Counted from the stretch's first letter, positions 49,162 through 60,099 are shown. The stretch is DNA of 64,000 nt from Nostoc sp. (GCA_036918135.1 JBALDB010000007.1:288001-352000); one strand, 5' to 3'. Program-made: numbers and translations. The notes: a model not told the origin generated them from the sequence alone.

Positions 49162-49905
49162 CTAACTTCTAACTGTATTTGCAGTTGCTAACGCTTCCAC
49201 CAAACCACGCACAGCAGCAATCATTGCTACTTCGCTATTGAGTTGGTTAATGGCGGAACCAACGCCAACGCCAGCAGCACCAGCAGCGATCGCTAATGGT
49301 GCAGTAACGCTAGAAATGCCTGAAGCACACAATACTGGTACTGTTACTGCACGAGATATCTCATAAGCTGCTGCCAAGCTAGGCGCAGCTTTTTCAATTA
49401 ATCCTAGAGTTCCAGGGTGAACTGGATTACTGCTAGTACCACCTTCGGTTTGGATAATATCTGCTCCAGCTTTCACCAGTTCCTCTGCTAGTTGTACCTG
49501 TCGATCTAGTTCCAGGATGTGAGGAACGGTGACAGATAAGGTAATTTCCCCAAACAGAGCGCGGGTTTGCTTAGTCAAGGCTAGCACTTCTGAAGCCTCA
49601 AAACGGCGTCCTTGAGCATAGAAAGAATCGAAATTCCCGATTTCAATTAAATCAGCACCAGCTGCCACAGCTGGAACAAATTTCTCTGGTTCTACTGCTG
49701 ATACACAAACTGGCAGTTTTGTCAAATTTTTAGCTAACTGAACTAGGGCAGGATCGGCAGCGATATCGACGAAAGTAGCACCGCCAAATTCAGCAGCTTT
49801 GACAGTAGCAGCGACGCTAGTGGCATCGAAATTATTTAAGCCAGCGATCGCTTTGAGAACGCGGCGGTCAGTAAATGCACGTTGGAGTATGGAATGCATC
49901 GTCAT
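49162..49905 (-). CDS. DUF561 family protein
   Basis: GLNNFD, GATFVDIA, EIGNFDSFY and QTEGG motifs. Confidence 0.88.
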   Translation of the reverse strand: MTMHSILQRAFTDRRVLKAIAGLNNFDATSVAATVKAAEFGGATFVDIAADPALVQLAKNLTKLPVCVSAVEPEKFVPAVAAGADLIEIGNFDSFYAQGRRFEASEVLALTKQTRALFGEITLSVTVPHILELDRQVQLAEELVKAGADIIQTEGGTSSNPVHPGTLGLIEKAAPSLAAAYEISRAVTVPVLCASGISSVTAPLAIAAGAAGVGVGSAINQLNSEVAMIAAVRGLVEALATANTVRS

Positions 49906-50228
49906 GGTTCGGCTTTGAAGCTACGAAAATTAGGTATATTCTACCGTTCTTGATGATAGAGAGCCTCAATTACGATCACAATTGCCAAATTTTGATAGTT
50001 CGAGCGCAAACTGCCGTTGAATACAGCATAATAATATGTATTTATTTACAGCATTTAGTTATTTCAATTTTTCTCCAAAAAATTTGATTATGAACCAGAT
50101 ATAATATTTGATACTAAAGCACACTTAGTTAATTATTTATACAAATTTCAATTCTCTATTTTTCAGCTTGTAAGCTCTAGTTAAATAATTAATTTAAGCT
50201 GGAAAAAGTTAACTATTTAATTCCACTG

Positions 50229-50810
50229 ATGAAGAACTTTCATAATTCAGAAATCAAACACTTTAAGATATATAAATTTGCCCCAGCTTGTGAGAACGAG
50301 CAAGTAGTCTTTGGTGCTATGCGACCTGGATACACTAATAAAATGGTTGATAATTGGATAGAATTCATGAAACACCAAGGTGTCAAGCGAGTTTGTTGCC
50401 TTCTTCCGAAGCAAGAACTAGCTTCTTACTGGGATCTGCTCGGAACATATAGACAGGAATTTGGTAATCAACTAGTTTGTTGGGCACCGATCGCAGATTT
50501 CCATTTATCCGATCTAGAAACCCTCACACAGAAAATACTTCCTTTTTTAATAGAAGCAGATCGGCAAAATGAGAAAGTCGTTGTCCACTGTTCTGGTGGC
50601 ATAGGACGTACTGGACATGTATTAGCGGCATGGCTAGTTAGTGTCCGAGGGTTATCAAATAAAACTGCAATCAATGCTGTTAAAAAAACTGGTAGAAATC
50701 CTCATGAAGCGGCGATCGCTGCTATATTTAGAGGCAAAAATCCTCTAAAAGTCGTAAAAGACCTTGACATACTTTTAAATAATTGCCGTCTAGCAGTCCG
50801 CCGCGAGTAG
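50229..50810 (+). CDS. Dual-specificity/tyrosine protein phosphatase
   Basis: VHCSGGIGRTG (HCX5R) and PIAD motifs. Confidence 0.9.
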   Translation: MKNFHNSEIKHFKIYKFAPACENEQVVFGAMRPGYTNKMVDNWIEFMKHQGVKRVCCLLPKQELASYWDLLGTYRQEFGNQLVCWAPIADFHLSDLETLTQKILPFLIEADRQNEKVVVHCSGGIGRTGHVLAAWLVSVRGLSNKTAINAVKKTGRNPHEAAIAAIFRGKNPLKVVKDLDILLNNCRLAVRRE

Positions 50811-51088
50811 CAAAAGTTATCTTCACCAACAGCTAAAATATAACGTCAGAGTTAAAATAAATTGATTTTATTAAAGACAACTATTTGGACTGTATAATAT
50901 CTAATCAATTCTGAATTTTGATATCCTAAAATTCAACATATTCTTGACTATGAACGCGCCAGATTTGACATAACGGTTGATTATTTACAAAGCTTCAAAC
51001 CAGTGTTACCACTTGAGCAAAAAACCTATATAAAAGAAATTCTATAAAAAATAAGCTAAAAATTATTTCATTCGAGGTATTTATAACA

Positions 51089-51772
51089 ATGATTTTAGAT
51101 AAAGTAGTTCCTTTTGGCAGGTCAATGGATGAATATATAAAAATATTCAATTTAACAAATGCAGATTTAAATAAAAGAATTATTGGAATTGGGGATGGCC
51201 CAGCAAGTTTTAATGCTGAAATGACACATCAGGGTAAAAGTGTAGTTTCTGTCGATCCACTCTACCAATTTTCTAGCAATGAAATATTGCAAAGGTTTAA
51301 TGAAGTAGTAGATAATATCATTAACCAAGTCAAGGCTACACCGAATGATTTGGTATGGAGCTATCATAAATCTCCAGATGACTTGCGACAAAATCGAGTA
51401 AAAGTTATTCAAAAATTTCTGTCTGATTATGATAATGGCAAACAGAATAACAGATATATATTTGGGGAATTGCCAAATTTAGTATATCCTAATCAAAAAT
51501 TTGACATAGCCCTTTGTTCGCATTTATTGTTTTTATATTCAAACCATCTGGATTATGATTTTCACTTAAATTCAGTGGCTGAAATGCTGCGTATTGCTGA
51601 AGAAATCAGAATATTTCCCTTGATGACTTTAATGTCAAAGCCTTCGCAATATTTAGATAATATAGTTAAATATTATAGTGAAAAAGGTTACAAGATAAAT
51701 ATTGAAAAAGTTGAATATGAACTACAACCAGGTGGAAATCAGATGTTGAAGATAACCAAATTCTCAAAATAA
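51089..51772 (+). CDS. SAM-dependent methyltransferase
   Basis: GDGPASF, VDPLY, FDIALCSH.LFLY and EMLR..E.RIFPL motifs. Confidence 0.85.
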   Translation: MILDKVVPFGRSMDEYIKIFNLTNADLNKRIIGIGDGPASFNAEMTHQGKSVVSVDPLYQFSSNEILQRFNEVVDNIINQVKATPNDLVWSYHKSPDDLRQNRVKVIQKFLSDYDNGKQNNRYIFGELPNLVYPNQKFDIALCSHLLFLYSNHLDYDFHLNSVAEMLRIAEEIRIFPLMTLMSKPSQYLDNIVKYYSEKGYKINIEKVEYELQPGGNQMLKITKFSK

Positions 51773-51967
51773 TTACTAATTCATAATCACACTCAATAGC
51801 TCGTTAAGGCTGCCCTAACGTAATTCGTAATTATTATCCCATAATCAAGTGCATAGTAAGATTGCGAATGCGAGTGCATCTAGTCAAATAAGTTCAAAAA
51901 TCAAAGCAGACTGCTATAGACAAGTAAGGATACAATGGCATTCAGTGTTGGTATTCTTTTTCGCCCT

Positions 51968-52888
51968 ATGCTGCCAGTCATTTATTCCGACGAATTTTTA
52001 GATCATAAGACTGGAAAATACCATCCGGAAAAACCAGAACGGTTGACGGCGATCGCTAACGCTCTAAAAGCAGCTACATTTGCAGATAAAATTGCATGGC
52101 GATCGCCTACACCAGCACCAGAACAGCCAGAGTTAATGTCTTTGTTAGTTAAGGCTCACAGCCCAGCCTACATCAAAAAAGTCTGGGAAATTGCCTCTAG
52201 TGGCGGCGGCCCTTTGGACGGAGATACGCCAGTTTCAGAGCGCAGTTATGATGTGGCATTGTTGGCGGTGAGTGCTTGGTTAGATGGAGTTGAGGCTGTA
52301 TTAAAATCGGGTAATCCGGCTTTTGTACTGGCACGTCCACCAGGACACCATGCCGAAAGTAGTGCAGGTATGGGCTTTTGTTTATTTTCTAACGCCGCGA
52401 TCGCTGCTTTTTTTGCCCTCCAACAACCCGAAATTAACCGCGTCGCCATTCTCGATTGGGATGTACATCACGGTAATGGTACTCAAGCGATCGTTGAAAC
52501 CGAGCAACAAATTGCCTATTGTTCCCTACATCAGTATCCATGCTATCCCGGTACTGGCAGAGCAACAGAACGCGGCTTTCACAATAATGTGTTGAATTTA
52601 CCAATACCTCCTGGTAGTGATATTGCAGTCTATCAGCCGTTGTTTGAAAAAAAAGTAGTGCCATTTTTAGCTAACTTTAATCCAGATTTACTGATTGTCA
52701 GCGCTGGTTATGATGCCAATGCGGCAGATCCTTTGGCAAGTATCAACTTGCAATCAGAAGATTATGGTTTGTTTACCGATTATTGTCTGGGACTAACTCG
52801 TAAAATTCTCTTTGGCTTAGAAGGTGGCTACGATTTTGATGCACTTTCTCAATCTGTTCTAGCCACGATTGAACGTTGTTTACTTTAA
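51968..52888 (+). CDS. Histone deacetylase family protein
   Basis: HPE.PERL, RPPGHHA, GFC, DWDVHHGNGTQ, SAGYD and LEGGY motifs. Confidence 0.95.
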   Translation: MLPVIYSDEFLDHKTGKYHPEKPERLTAIANALKAATFADKIAWRSPTPAPEQPELMSLLVKAHSPAYIKKVWEIASSGGGPLDGDTPVSERSYDVALLAVSAWLDGVEAVLKSGNPAFVLARPPGHHAESSAGMGFCLFSNAAIAAFFALQQPEINRVAILDWDVHHGNGTQAIVETEQQIAYCSLHQYPCYPGTGRATERGFHNNVLNLPIPPGSDIAVYQPLFEKKVVPFLANFNPDLLIVSAGYDANAADPLASINLQSEDYGLFTDYCLGLTRKILFGLEGGYDFDALSQSVLATIERCLL

Positions 52889-53441
52889 CCCGACCTGAAT
52901 CGCAACATTTCTTTACATTGAGCGGGCGCGATCGCCCGTTAACAGTTTTCACTGGCTTGAGAACAAATAACGTCTTTTTATTTGATAACAATTTTGGGAC
53001 TTTGTTTTTTCTGAGTGTAACCTCGGAATGATTGATTGACTGCCTTTTGTATATGCACTGAGATAGATGCATATAAGTAGTAATTTTTTCAGTAAATTTT
53101 CTCAAATATTTTCTGGGAATTTCACAAGATAGGCTTGAAAAATAAGCTGTTTGTGAATATTTAGTTTTTTGGCTATTTTTAATTTTATTGACAAATTTAA
53201 CAACGATATTTACGTAAATTTCAAGTGTCACAAATTTTGTTATAATTTCAGCCTCAGTAATTTCTTTTACAAATGCTCTCGAAAATTCATTAAATCTTCA
53301 AGAATAAAAAGTTTGAGCAGTCTTCTGAAAGAGCTAAAGTTTTGTTAAGATGCAATTGCTAGCACTTTTTGCACGAAATTCACCTATCACTATGTGGAGA
53401 ATTAAAAAGTATTAGCGGTACAAAGTTAAGAAGGTGAAGCA

Positions 53442-53579
53442 ATGACCACCTATATTTTTTTCGACGAAGCCCTACGAATGCTGACCAACGCTTTTTTGAT
53501 ATCAGCAATACTGTTAATAGCAGCTTCTGGTATAGGCTTGGCAGTAATTGAAACAATAGAAAAGACGGGAGAACGCTAA
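53442..53579 (+). CDS. Small (45 aa) single-TM protein, not in the ORF track
   Basis: GAAGGTG RBS; MTTYIFFDEALRMLTNAFLISAILLIAASGIGLAVIETIEKTGER. Confidence 0.6.
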   Translation: MTTYIFFDEALRMLTNAFLISAILLIAASGIGLAVIETIEKTGER

Positions 53580-53753
53580 CACAGATACCAGTGTACTTAT
53601 TGCCAAAAACCATTGGGTGCAAGTGTTCGCTGTGAAACAATTTTGGGAACACTAAACCATAAAAGTCTCACAGCGTTGCAGTATTACCTGGAAGTCCAGC
53701 AAATACACAGGTAACTGTATCGCTTTTGAGACCTTAAATAAGGAGCTACTACA

Positions 53754-54200
53754 ATGGATATATTCGATGCTGTGTTGGTTACAGAAAGTCAAACCCAACC
53801 AGTACTAAATCCAGCGGAAGCTTTTGCTGTTATAGTCTTGACGGCAACAGCCCCAGACGGTTACCTTTCCGTCGAGCAAGCAGATTCTATCACTTGTGCG
53901 TTATCTCGAATGAAACTTTTTAAAAGCTATCCTTATGAGATGATAAAGAGTCTGTTCGATAAAATCTTATCTATTTTCCAGGGGGATCATTTTAATACTT
54001 TATTTAATGCTGCCAAAGATTCTCTATCTCAAGATTTGCGCGAAACAGCTTTTGCAGTAGCCACAGATTTAGTCTTGGCTGAAGGTATAGTAGCCGAAGA
54101 AGAAAAAAACTTTTTAAATGATTTATATCAAGCTTTAGGCGTTTCCAGGGAGATAGCAATACAAATTATGCAAGTAATCTTGATTAAAAATCGGGGATAG
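53754..54200 (+). CDS. TerB-like (tellurite resistance) family protein
   Basis: AAGGAG RBS; EAFA.I......DG..S.E, LRETAFAVA.DLVLA.G...EE and IKNRG motifs. Confidence 0.85.
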   Translation: MDIFDAVLVTESQTQPVLNPAEAFAVIVLTATAPDGYLSVEQADSITCALSRMKLFKSYPYEMIKSLFDKILSIFQGDHFNTLFNAAKDSLSQDLRETAFAVATDLVLAEGIVAEEEKNFLNDLYQALGVSREIAIQIMQVILIKNRG

Positions 54201-54511
54201 GACAATAGAAAATATTTCCAACTTTAATTATATAAAATATAAATAGCTAATAAACTATGCTAAAGAAGTTCAGCTTTTTTGGCATTAATTTTTTGATTGT
54301 TCGCACTGTTCTCACCTTAACTTATTTAATAAATCGGCAATCTCACTTTTTACAAATGATTTAGAACTCCAATAGCAATTTGATTTGATTGCGTGAAGAA
54401 AATACTCTACAACTTCAGGCAAGTGACAAGAGTTAACAGGCAATTAATTTTTTCTTATTGACTATTGCCTACATTATCAAAAACTGTCAGATTCACAAAT
54501 TGGTTGTTAGT

Positions 54512-54931
54512 TTATACAATATTATTCGACAACCGATCGCGAATGATTTGAAGTTGCTCTTGAGTCTTAATTGGAGCTCGTGGTATTGGTAATTCAGTAT
54601 TAGGCCAGGTAGGTAAATCATTGCAGGGACATGACGAAGGTGGCATTCCAAGATTTTTTATAGGTATCGGCATTGTGCAGCGACAGCAAGACTGCATATC
54701 CCATGCGGATGTCAGTAATTCGCTAATGGTTTGCTCTGTACCTTCCAAATAACAGTCATCAGATTCGAGAGAGAGAATTTTCTCCCAGCATTGTTCAAAC
54801 TCTCCACTATAGCGATCGCCATCTAGCACTCGTTGAGGCAAAATAGTTGCCTTGCCGTTGCCTACGATTACTCTTTTACCGAGTTGAAACCAGTATGCAA
54901 GATATGCTTTAACTTCTTGTTTGGTAGCCAT
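54512..54931 (-). CDS. Conserved cyanobacterial hypothetical protein (Cys cluster)
   Basis: YLAYWFQLGK, YLEGT.QTI and C.RC.MP...CPC motifs. Confidence 0.8.
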   Translation of the reverse strand: MATKQEVKAYLAYWFQLGKRVIVGNGKATILPQRVLDGDRYSGEFEQCWEKILSLESDDCYLEGTEQTISELLTSAWDMQSCCRCTMPIPIKNLGMPPSSCPCNDLPTWPNTELPIPRAPIKTQEQLQIIRDRLSNNIV

Positions 54932-54987
54932 AGCATAATTTTAGATTTTAATGAGGATATTTCGGAGGTTGAATGTTTAATTTGGAA

Positions 54988-55536
54988 TTAAAACTTTGGC
55001 GTCGGCAATGGTGAACCAAGAAGACTAAGATTGAGAACATGACCGCCAGTGATTAAATAAACAGTATCACATAAAGCACCTAGCTGTCGCACTAGAGAAC
55101 CCAGGCGATCGCGGAACGTTCTGCCAGTGGGATAAGCTGGCACTACACCCCAACCCACTTCTTCTGCTACAAACAGCATATCAGCAGCCACCAGATCCAC
55201 TGTCTCTAATAACTCTGTAAGAATATTTTCCCAAGCTTGGTTGTCTTGTTCTAGAAGATTAGCTACCCAAGTTCCTAAAGAATCAACTAAAACACTGGTA
55301 TGGGGTTTGGCATCAGCAAGGGTAGCAGACAGTTCCACAGGTACAGATACAGTTACCCAGTCTTGAGGACGACGTTTTTGGTGTTCTAAAATGCGTTTGT
55401 GCCATTCTGGATCGTTTGGGTTATCAGTAGCTGTTGCCACGTAAATAACTGGTTTACCCGATTGCATGGCCAGAGTCTCTGCCCATTCACTTTTACCACA
55501 TCTGGCTGGCCCTGTTACTAAAATGACTTTACCCAA
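54988..55536 (-). CDS. cobU: Adenosylcobinamide kinase / guanylyltransferase
   Basis: TGPARCGKS..AE, YVATA, RI..H..RRP and EEVG.GVVP....R.FRD motifs. Confidence 0.93.
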   Translation of the reverse strand: MGKVILVTGPARCGKSEWAETLAMQSGKPVIYVATATDNPNDPEWHKRILEHQKRRPQDWVTVSVPVELSATLADAKPHTSVLVDSLGTWVANLLEQDNQAWENILTELLETVDLVAADMLFVAEEVGWGVVPAYPTGRTFRDRLGSLVRQLGALCDTVYLITGGHVLNLSLLGSPLPTPKF

Positions 55537-55885
55537 ATTTTTTCCTAAGTATTTTCACAATATGGTTATGCATTGCAGTTTATCATCACAGCAGTGCTTA
55601 GTGTTGAATGTTGAGTACCCAATGCTCAATCCCTATTAAAGGCAGTTTTTTATTTCATAAGTTAAGATTTTTGATTCTAAATAACTTTTAAAAGATAAAA
55701 TTAGCACCAGCATCATTGAAAATTAATAATTACAGTAGATTTTAAGTTGTTGAAGTAAACAAACTAAGTCTGGTAGCTGGGGATAAAGCCTGTTTTACTT
55801 CTGACTTGGATAATTCACCAATTCTGCTGTATCTTTCATGTCGAGATTCAAATCCCACTGATAACCAAATAGCACACTATAGGAT

Positions 55886-56698
55886 ATGTTTATGAAACCA
55901 GGCTTAAAACGTATTGAAGCAACTTTACATGATTTAGGGACTCGTGGCACTGATGCTGTGGAAGCAGGAGATTCAACCAAACGGCCTTTCTCTTTTAGAA
56001 TCAGCGTCAATGCTAACGAACCGACAAAAAGCACACACCAGACTCTATCTTCTGAGGATGGTGAAGTCAAAGCACAAGGACAAACAGCCGACCTTAGCGT
56101 CGATACTGAACAAAATTTATTTCGCCAGCATGATTCTGTGCAAACCTTTCAAACAGAAGAGAACGGTGGCAAAACACCCAGCCTACCCAAGTTCAAAACT
56201 CCCAGCATTAGTAGCCATCGCCACGGAGCAAATCCCGGCTTAGCGATGAATCTACTGCAAGAAATTCAGGAAAGCGTCGCTGCTTGGCAAATAGAACTAC
56301 AAAATATTTTGCAGCAAATCCAAGATATTTATTTAGAAGGGCCAATTGTCAATGGCTGGTTAGAATCCAATGCTCAGGAACCAGAACTAGGAGGAACTGC
56401 AACACTCCGCCATGCAGAAATTGACCGCTTAATGAACTACGTGGAAGAAATTTGTGCCAATGGTGGAAAAGTATCCTATCAATCGTCTAGTACTAGCTAT
56501 CGCCTCTGCGGTGTAGACGATTCTGGTAAAGTTTGGTCGCGCCCATGTCCAGCGGATCAGGTTCCTAATGTTAGCATAGCGATCGCTCGTTACCAAAAGT
56601 TACGTCAACTGCTAGGGCGTAAGCAAACTTTGGAAACCCGTCTGGCTCAACTGGCTCAAAGTCTTGTAGTTTTACATAGTCATATTCAACAAACATGA
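55886..56698 (+). CDS. Conserved hypothetical protein
   Basis: 270 aa with YLEGPIV.GWLES and YRLCG.D..G..W..CP..Q...S.AIARYQKL motifs. Confidence 0.8.
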   Translation: MFMKPGLKRIEATLHDLGTRGTDAVEAGDSTKRPFSFRISVNANEPTKSTHQTLSSEDGEVKAQGQTADLSVDTEQNLFRQHDSVQTFQTEENGGKTPSLPKFKTPSISSHRHGANPGLAMNLLQEIQESVAAWQIELQNILQQIQDIYLEGPIVNGWLESNAQEPELGGTATLRHAEIDRLMNYVEEICANGGKVSYQSSSTSYRLCGVDDSGKVWSRPCPADQVPNVSIAIARYQKLRQLLGRKQTLETRLAQLAQSLVVLHSHIQQT

Positions 56699-56833
56699 AG
56701 TTTTAAAGATTTTTTCCGAAAAAACTCGGTTGGTGGGTAGATAAATTTTGGTTTAGATTAACAAAGAGCAAATGTGCATTAGATTTAATATTTTAATCTC
56801 TAATCCCAAATCTCAAATTCCAAATTTAAATCT

Positions 56834-57766
56834 ATGCCAGATATCCAAATCTCTGCCATTATCTGTACCCATAATCGAGATGCCTACTTAGGGGCTGCGA
56901 TTGATAGTCTTTTAGCGCAGGATTTTGCTGCTAATTTTGAAGTTGTAGTAGTTGATAATGGGTCTAGCGATCGCACCCAGGAAGTAGTAGAACAAAGAAT
57001 TGACAATCCTCGCTTGAAGTATGTCTTTGAACCCACCATCGGTTTATCCGTTGCCCGCAACACAGGTGCTAAAGTAGCTAGTGCTGATATTCTGGCTTAT
57101 CTGGATGACGATGCCGTTGCGAGCAAGGGCTGGCTGCAAATTTTATATTTTGCCTATTACAATAACTCTAAACTAGCGATCGCAGGTGGCAAAGTCACTC
57201 TCCTCTGGCCTGAAGGAATCCAACAACCACGGTGGCTATCTCCAGGACTAGCTGCAAATCTGGGTGCATACGACTTGGGTGACAGTACCATCTACATAGA
57301 GCAACCCGGCTCAACACCGAGAGGCTTAAATTACTCTATCCGTCGCAGTTTCTTAAAAGAAATTGGTGGTTTCGATCCTCATCTTGGTCGAGTGGGGAAA
57401 AATCTCTTATCTAACGAAGAACTACAAATGACCGAATTTGCCTTACAACGTGGTTGGCAAGTCGCTTATCTTCCCGAAGCACTAGTCGCTCACAATGTTG
57501 CTCCAGAACGCCTCCAACGCTCTTGGTTTTTAAACCGAGGCTGGTGGCAAGGTATTAGTGAGTGCTATCGAGAACAACTCGCTGGCAAAGCTGGTATCGC
57601 TCAATTGCAACGAGGCAGCGAACGATTTTTACGTGGCTTGTATAAGGCATTGCAATATTTCTTTGACCCAGCAGAACGGTTTGATAAACTTGTGTATGCT
57701 TACGGTCAGATTGGCTATTTAAATGCCGCTATTCAAGGTCTTTTATCGACATCAAATAAGAAGTAA
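56834..57766 (+). CDS. Glycosyltransferase family 2
   Basis: ISAIICTHNR, VVDNGSSD, GLSVARN.G and YLDDD motifs. Confidence 0.93.
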   Translation: MPDIQISAIICTHNRDAYLGAAIDSLLAQDFAANFEVVVVDNGSSDRTQEVVEQRIDNPRLKYVFEPTIGLSVARNTGAKVASADILAYLDDDAVASKGWLQILYFAYYNNSKLAIAGGKVTLLWPEGIQQPRWLSPGLAANLGAYDLGDSTIYIEQPGSTPRGLNYSIRRSFLKEIGGFDPHLGRVGKNLLSNEELQMTEFALQRGWQVAYLPEALVAHNVAPERLQRSWFLNRGWWQGISECYREQLAGKAGIAQLQRGSERFLRGLYKALQYFFDPAERFDKLVYAYGQIGYLNAAIQGLLSTSNKK

Positions 57767-57790
57767 TCAATATCATAAATTATACTCAAT

Positions 57791-58744
57791 ATGTCATCTA
57801 AAATACCAGTTTCCGTATTAATTCCGGCGAAAAACGAACAAGTCAACTTGCCAGCTTGTCTCGCTAGCCTCAGCAAAGCAGATGAAATATTTGTAGTCGA
57901 TTCTCAAAGTACCGATAATAGTGTTGAGATTGCTAAAAGTTATGGTGCAAATGTCGTCCAATTTAAGTTTAATGGACATTGGCCTAAAAAGAAAAATTGG
58001 TCTTTAGATAATCTCCCTTTTCGTAACGAATGGGTACTAATTGTAGATTGTGATGAACGCATCCCCCCCGAACTTTGGGAAGAAATAGAACAAGCAATTC
58101 GTCAGGATGAATATGCAGGTTATTATCTCAATCGCCGAGTATTTTTCTTAGGAAAATGGATTCGTTATGGTGGGAAATATCCCGATTGGAATTTACGTTT
58201 ATTTAAACATCAAAAAGGACGCTACGAAAACCTACATACCGAAGATATTCCCAACACTGGCGACAACGAAGTTCACGAACATGTAATTTTACAGGGTAAA
58301 GTTGGGTATCTCAAAAATGATATGCTTCACGAAGACTTCCGTGACCTTTATCACTGGTTAGAACGACATAACCGTTATTCAAATTGGGAAGCTCGCGTTT
58401 ATTATAATATTCTTACAGGTCAGGATGATAGCGGCACTATCGGCGCGAATTTATTTGGTGATGCAGTGCAACGCAAGCGCTTTTTGAAAAAAGTATGGGT
58501 ACATTTGCCATTTAAACCGATTTTACGATTTGTTTTATTTTATTTTATTCAACGCGGTTTTTTGGATGGCAAAGCAGGATATATATATGCACGTTTGCTG
58601 AGTCAATATGAATATCAAATAGGGGTTAAACTTTACGAATTACGTAACTGTGGTGGTCATCTAAATACTGCAACTACACCAAAGCAAGCAGATGGGGAGA
58701 TGAGGGAGATGAGGGAAATGAGGGAGATGAGGGAGATAGGGTGA
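57791..58744 (+). CDS. Glycosyltransferase family 2 with a repeat-derived C-terminal tail
   Basis: IPAKNE, VVDS.STD, VDCDE and GFLDG motifs; the tail (EMR)n comes from 9-bp repeats. Confidence 0.93.
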   Translation: MSSKIPVSVLIPAKNEQVNLPACLASLSKADEIFVVDSQSTDNSVEIAKSYGANVVQFKFNGHWPKKKNWSLDNLPFRNEWVLIVDCDERIPPELWEEIEQAIRQDEYAGYYLNRRVFFLGKWIRYGGKYPDWNLRLFKHQKGRYENLHTEDIPNTGDNEVHEHVILQGKVGYLKNDMLHEDFRDLYHWLERHNRYSNWEARVYYNILTGQDDSGTIGANLFGDAVQRKRFLKKVWVHLPFKPILRFVLFYFIQRGFLDGKAGYIYARLLSQYEYQIGVKLYELRNCGGHLNTATTPKQADGEMREMREMREMREIG

Positions 58745-58855
58745 TGGGGAGATAAGGAGACAAGGGGACAAGGGGACAGGAAGAATAATAACTCCTCAGT
58801 CAACAGTCAACACTGCCCGTTTATTCCATGCCCAATGACTAATGACTAATGACTA

Positions 58856-59422
58856 ATGACTAATGATAAACCTTTCGTAGATTTACGTAAATATGACCAA
58901 TCTTGGTTCGATCGCGGGCGTCCAGGTTGGTATATTTTATTATGGTGGGTTGTACAAGCGATCGCCTTTCCGCTGACTCCTCAACCGTTAAATATTCTAC
59001 GTTGTACTCTACTACGATTATTTGGCGCTCGTATTGGTAAAGGCGTATTAATTCGACCCACCGCCCGTTTTACTTACCCTTGGAAAATTACTATAGGCAA
59101 TTACAGTTGGATTGGAGATAACGTAGTTTTATACAGCCTCGATCGAATTAACATCGGCGAACACTGCATAATTTCCCAAAAAAGTTATCTCTGTACTGGT
59201 AGTCATGATATCCAAGACCCTGCCTTTGGTTTGAAAACAGCGACTATCACCATTGAAAATGGCGCATGGGTGGCGACAGATTGTTTCGTTGGGCCGGGAG
59301 TAAAAATTGGGGCTAATGCTGTGATTGGCGCTCGTAGTAGTGTTTTTACTAATATGCCCTCTGGGCAAGTTTGCTGGGGAAGCCCCTGTCGTCCAAATAA
59401 AGTCCGGATAAAACTCGATTGA
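58856..59422 (+). CDS. WcaF-like polysaccharide O-acetyltransferase (possibly HpsU)
   Basis: LLRLFGA.IG, YPW...IG..SWIG, LCTGSH and hexapeptide repeats; follows two GT2 genes. Confidence 0.88.
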   Translation: MTNDKPFVDLRKYDQSWFDRGRPGWYILLWWVVQAIAFPLTPQPLNILRCTLLRLFGARIGKGVLIRPTARFTYPWKITIGNYSWIGDNVVLYSLDRINIGEHCIISQKSYLCTGSHDIQDPAFGLKTATITIENGAWVATDCFVGPGVKIGANAVIGARSSVFTNMPSGQVCWGSPCRPNKVRIKLD

Positions 59423-59610
59423 GGTTGATGAGTAATGACTGTTGACTGTTGAGAGTGGAATATTTTTTTATTTGTCAGTTCCTTACAAGTAATATTTGAA
59501 GTCATTAGTCATTGGTCATTGGTCATTTGTCAGAGCGTCCCCCTATTTCCCAGTCCCTATACGCAATGAGTGATAATATGTTTTTATGGCTGCTCTAATC
59601 CTTGCTATTG

Positions 59611-60099
59611 ATGAACAAATTATTGGATGAAACGCTGTCAATCAAAGTTGCTGAACGCATAAACAGCAGAGCTAGCACTCCGTTTGATAATGCTTACAAA
59701 GCAGCATTGTCCACTGAGGGAGCAAAATACGTTCAAGGATTTTTAACTTTTGTTGGAAAGCCATACAGACCGATTGAACACAGTTGGATTGAGCTAGGCG
59801 ATGGTTCCAGCAATGACTCTCCAGTACGCATTGTCGATCCTACATTACCCCACCTGAAAAAAAATCCTCAACAACTTTGGTATTTTGCTGCACAAAAGCT
59901 AACAGTGAAAAAACTCAAAGCCATCATTGAAGAATCAAAAGAAGATTATCCGGAAGACGATCCGTTACCTATTTATGGAGACCCACCTTATGAATATTAC
60001 GGTGACGTGATGTTAGGTGGTCAAGACTATTTAGCAGCATATCAAGCAGCAGAAGCTAAGTGTAAAGAAATCAACGAACTCAACCCTGAAAGGAACTAA
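59611..60099 (+). CDS. Conserved hypothetical protein
   Basis: FDNAY, YVQGF, PIEHSWIE and IVDPT motifs. Confidence 0.8.
   Translation: MNKLLDETLSIKVAERINSRASTPFDNAYKAALSTEGAKYVQGFLTFVGKPYRPIEHSWIELGDGSSNDSPVRIVDPTLPHLKKNPQQLWYFAAQKLTVKKLKAIIEESKEDYPEDDPLPIYGDPPYEYYGDVMLGGQDYLAAYQAAEAKCKEINELNPERN

Noticed and set aside
50922..51047. Short open frame (YPKIQHILDYERARFDITVDYLQSFKP...) as a gene remnant
   Set aside because: It has no start codon or RBS, and I cannot assign it to a family.
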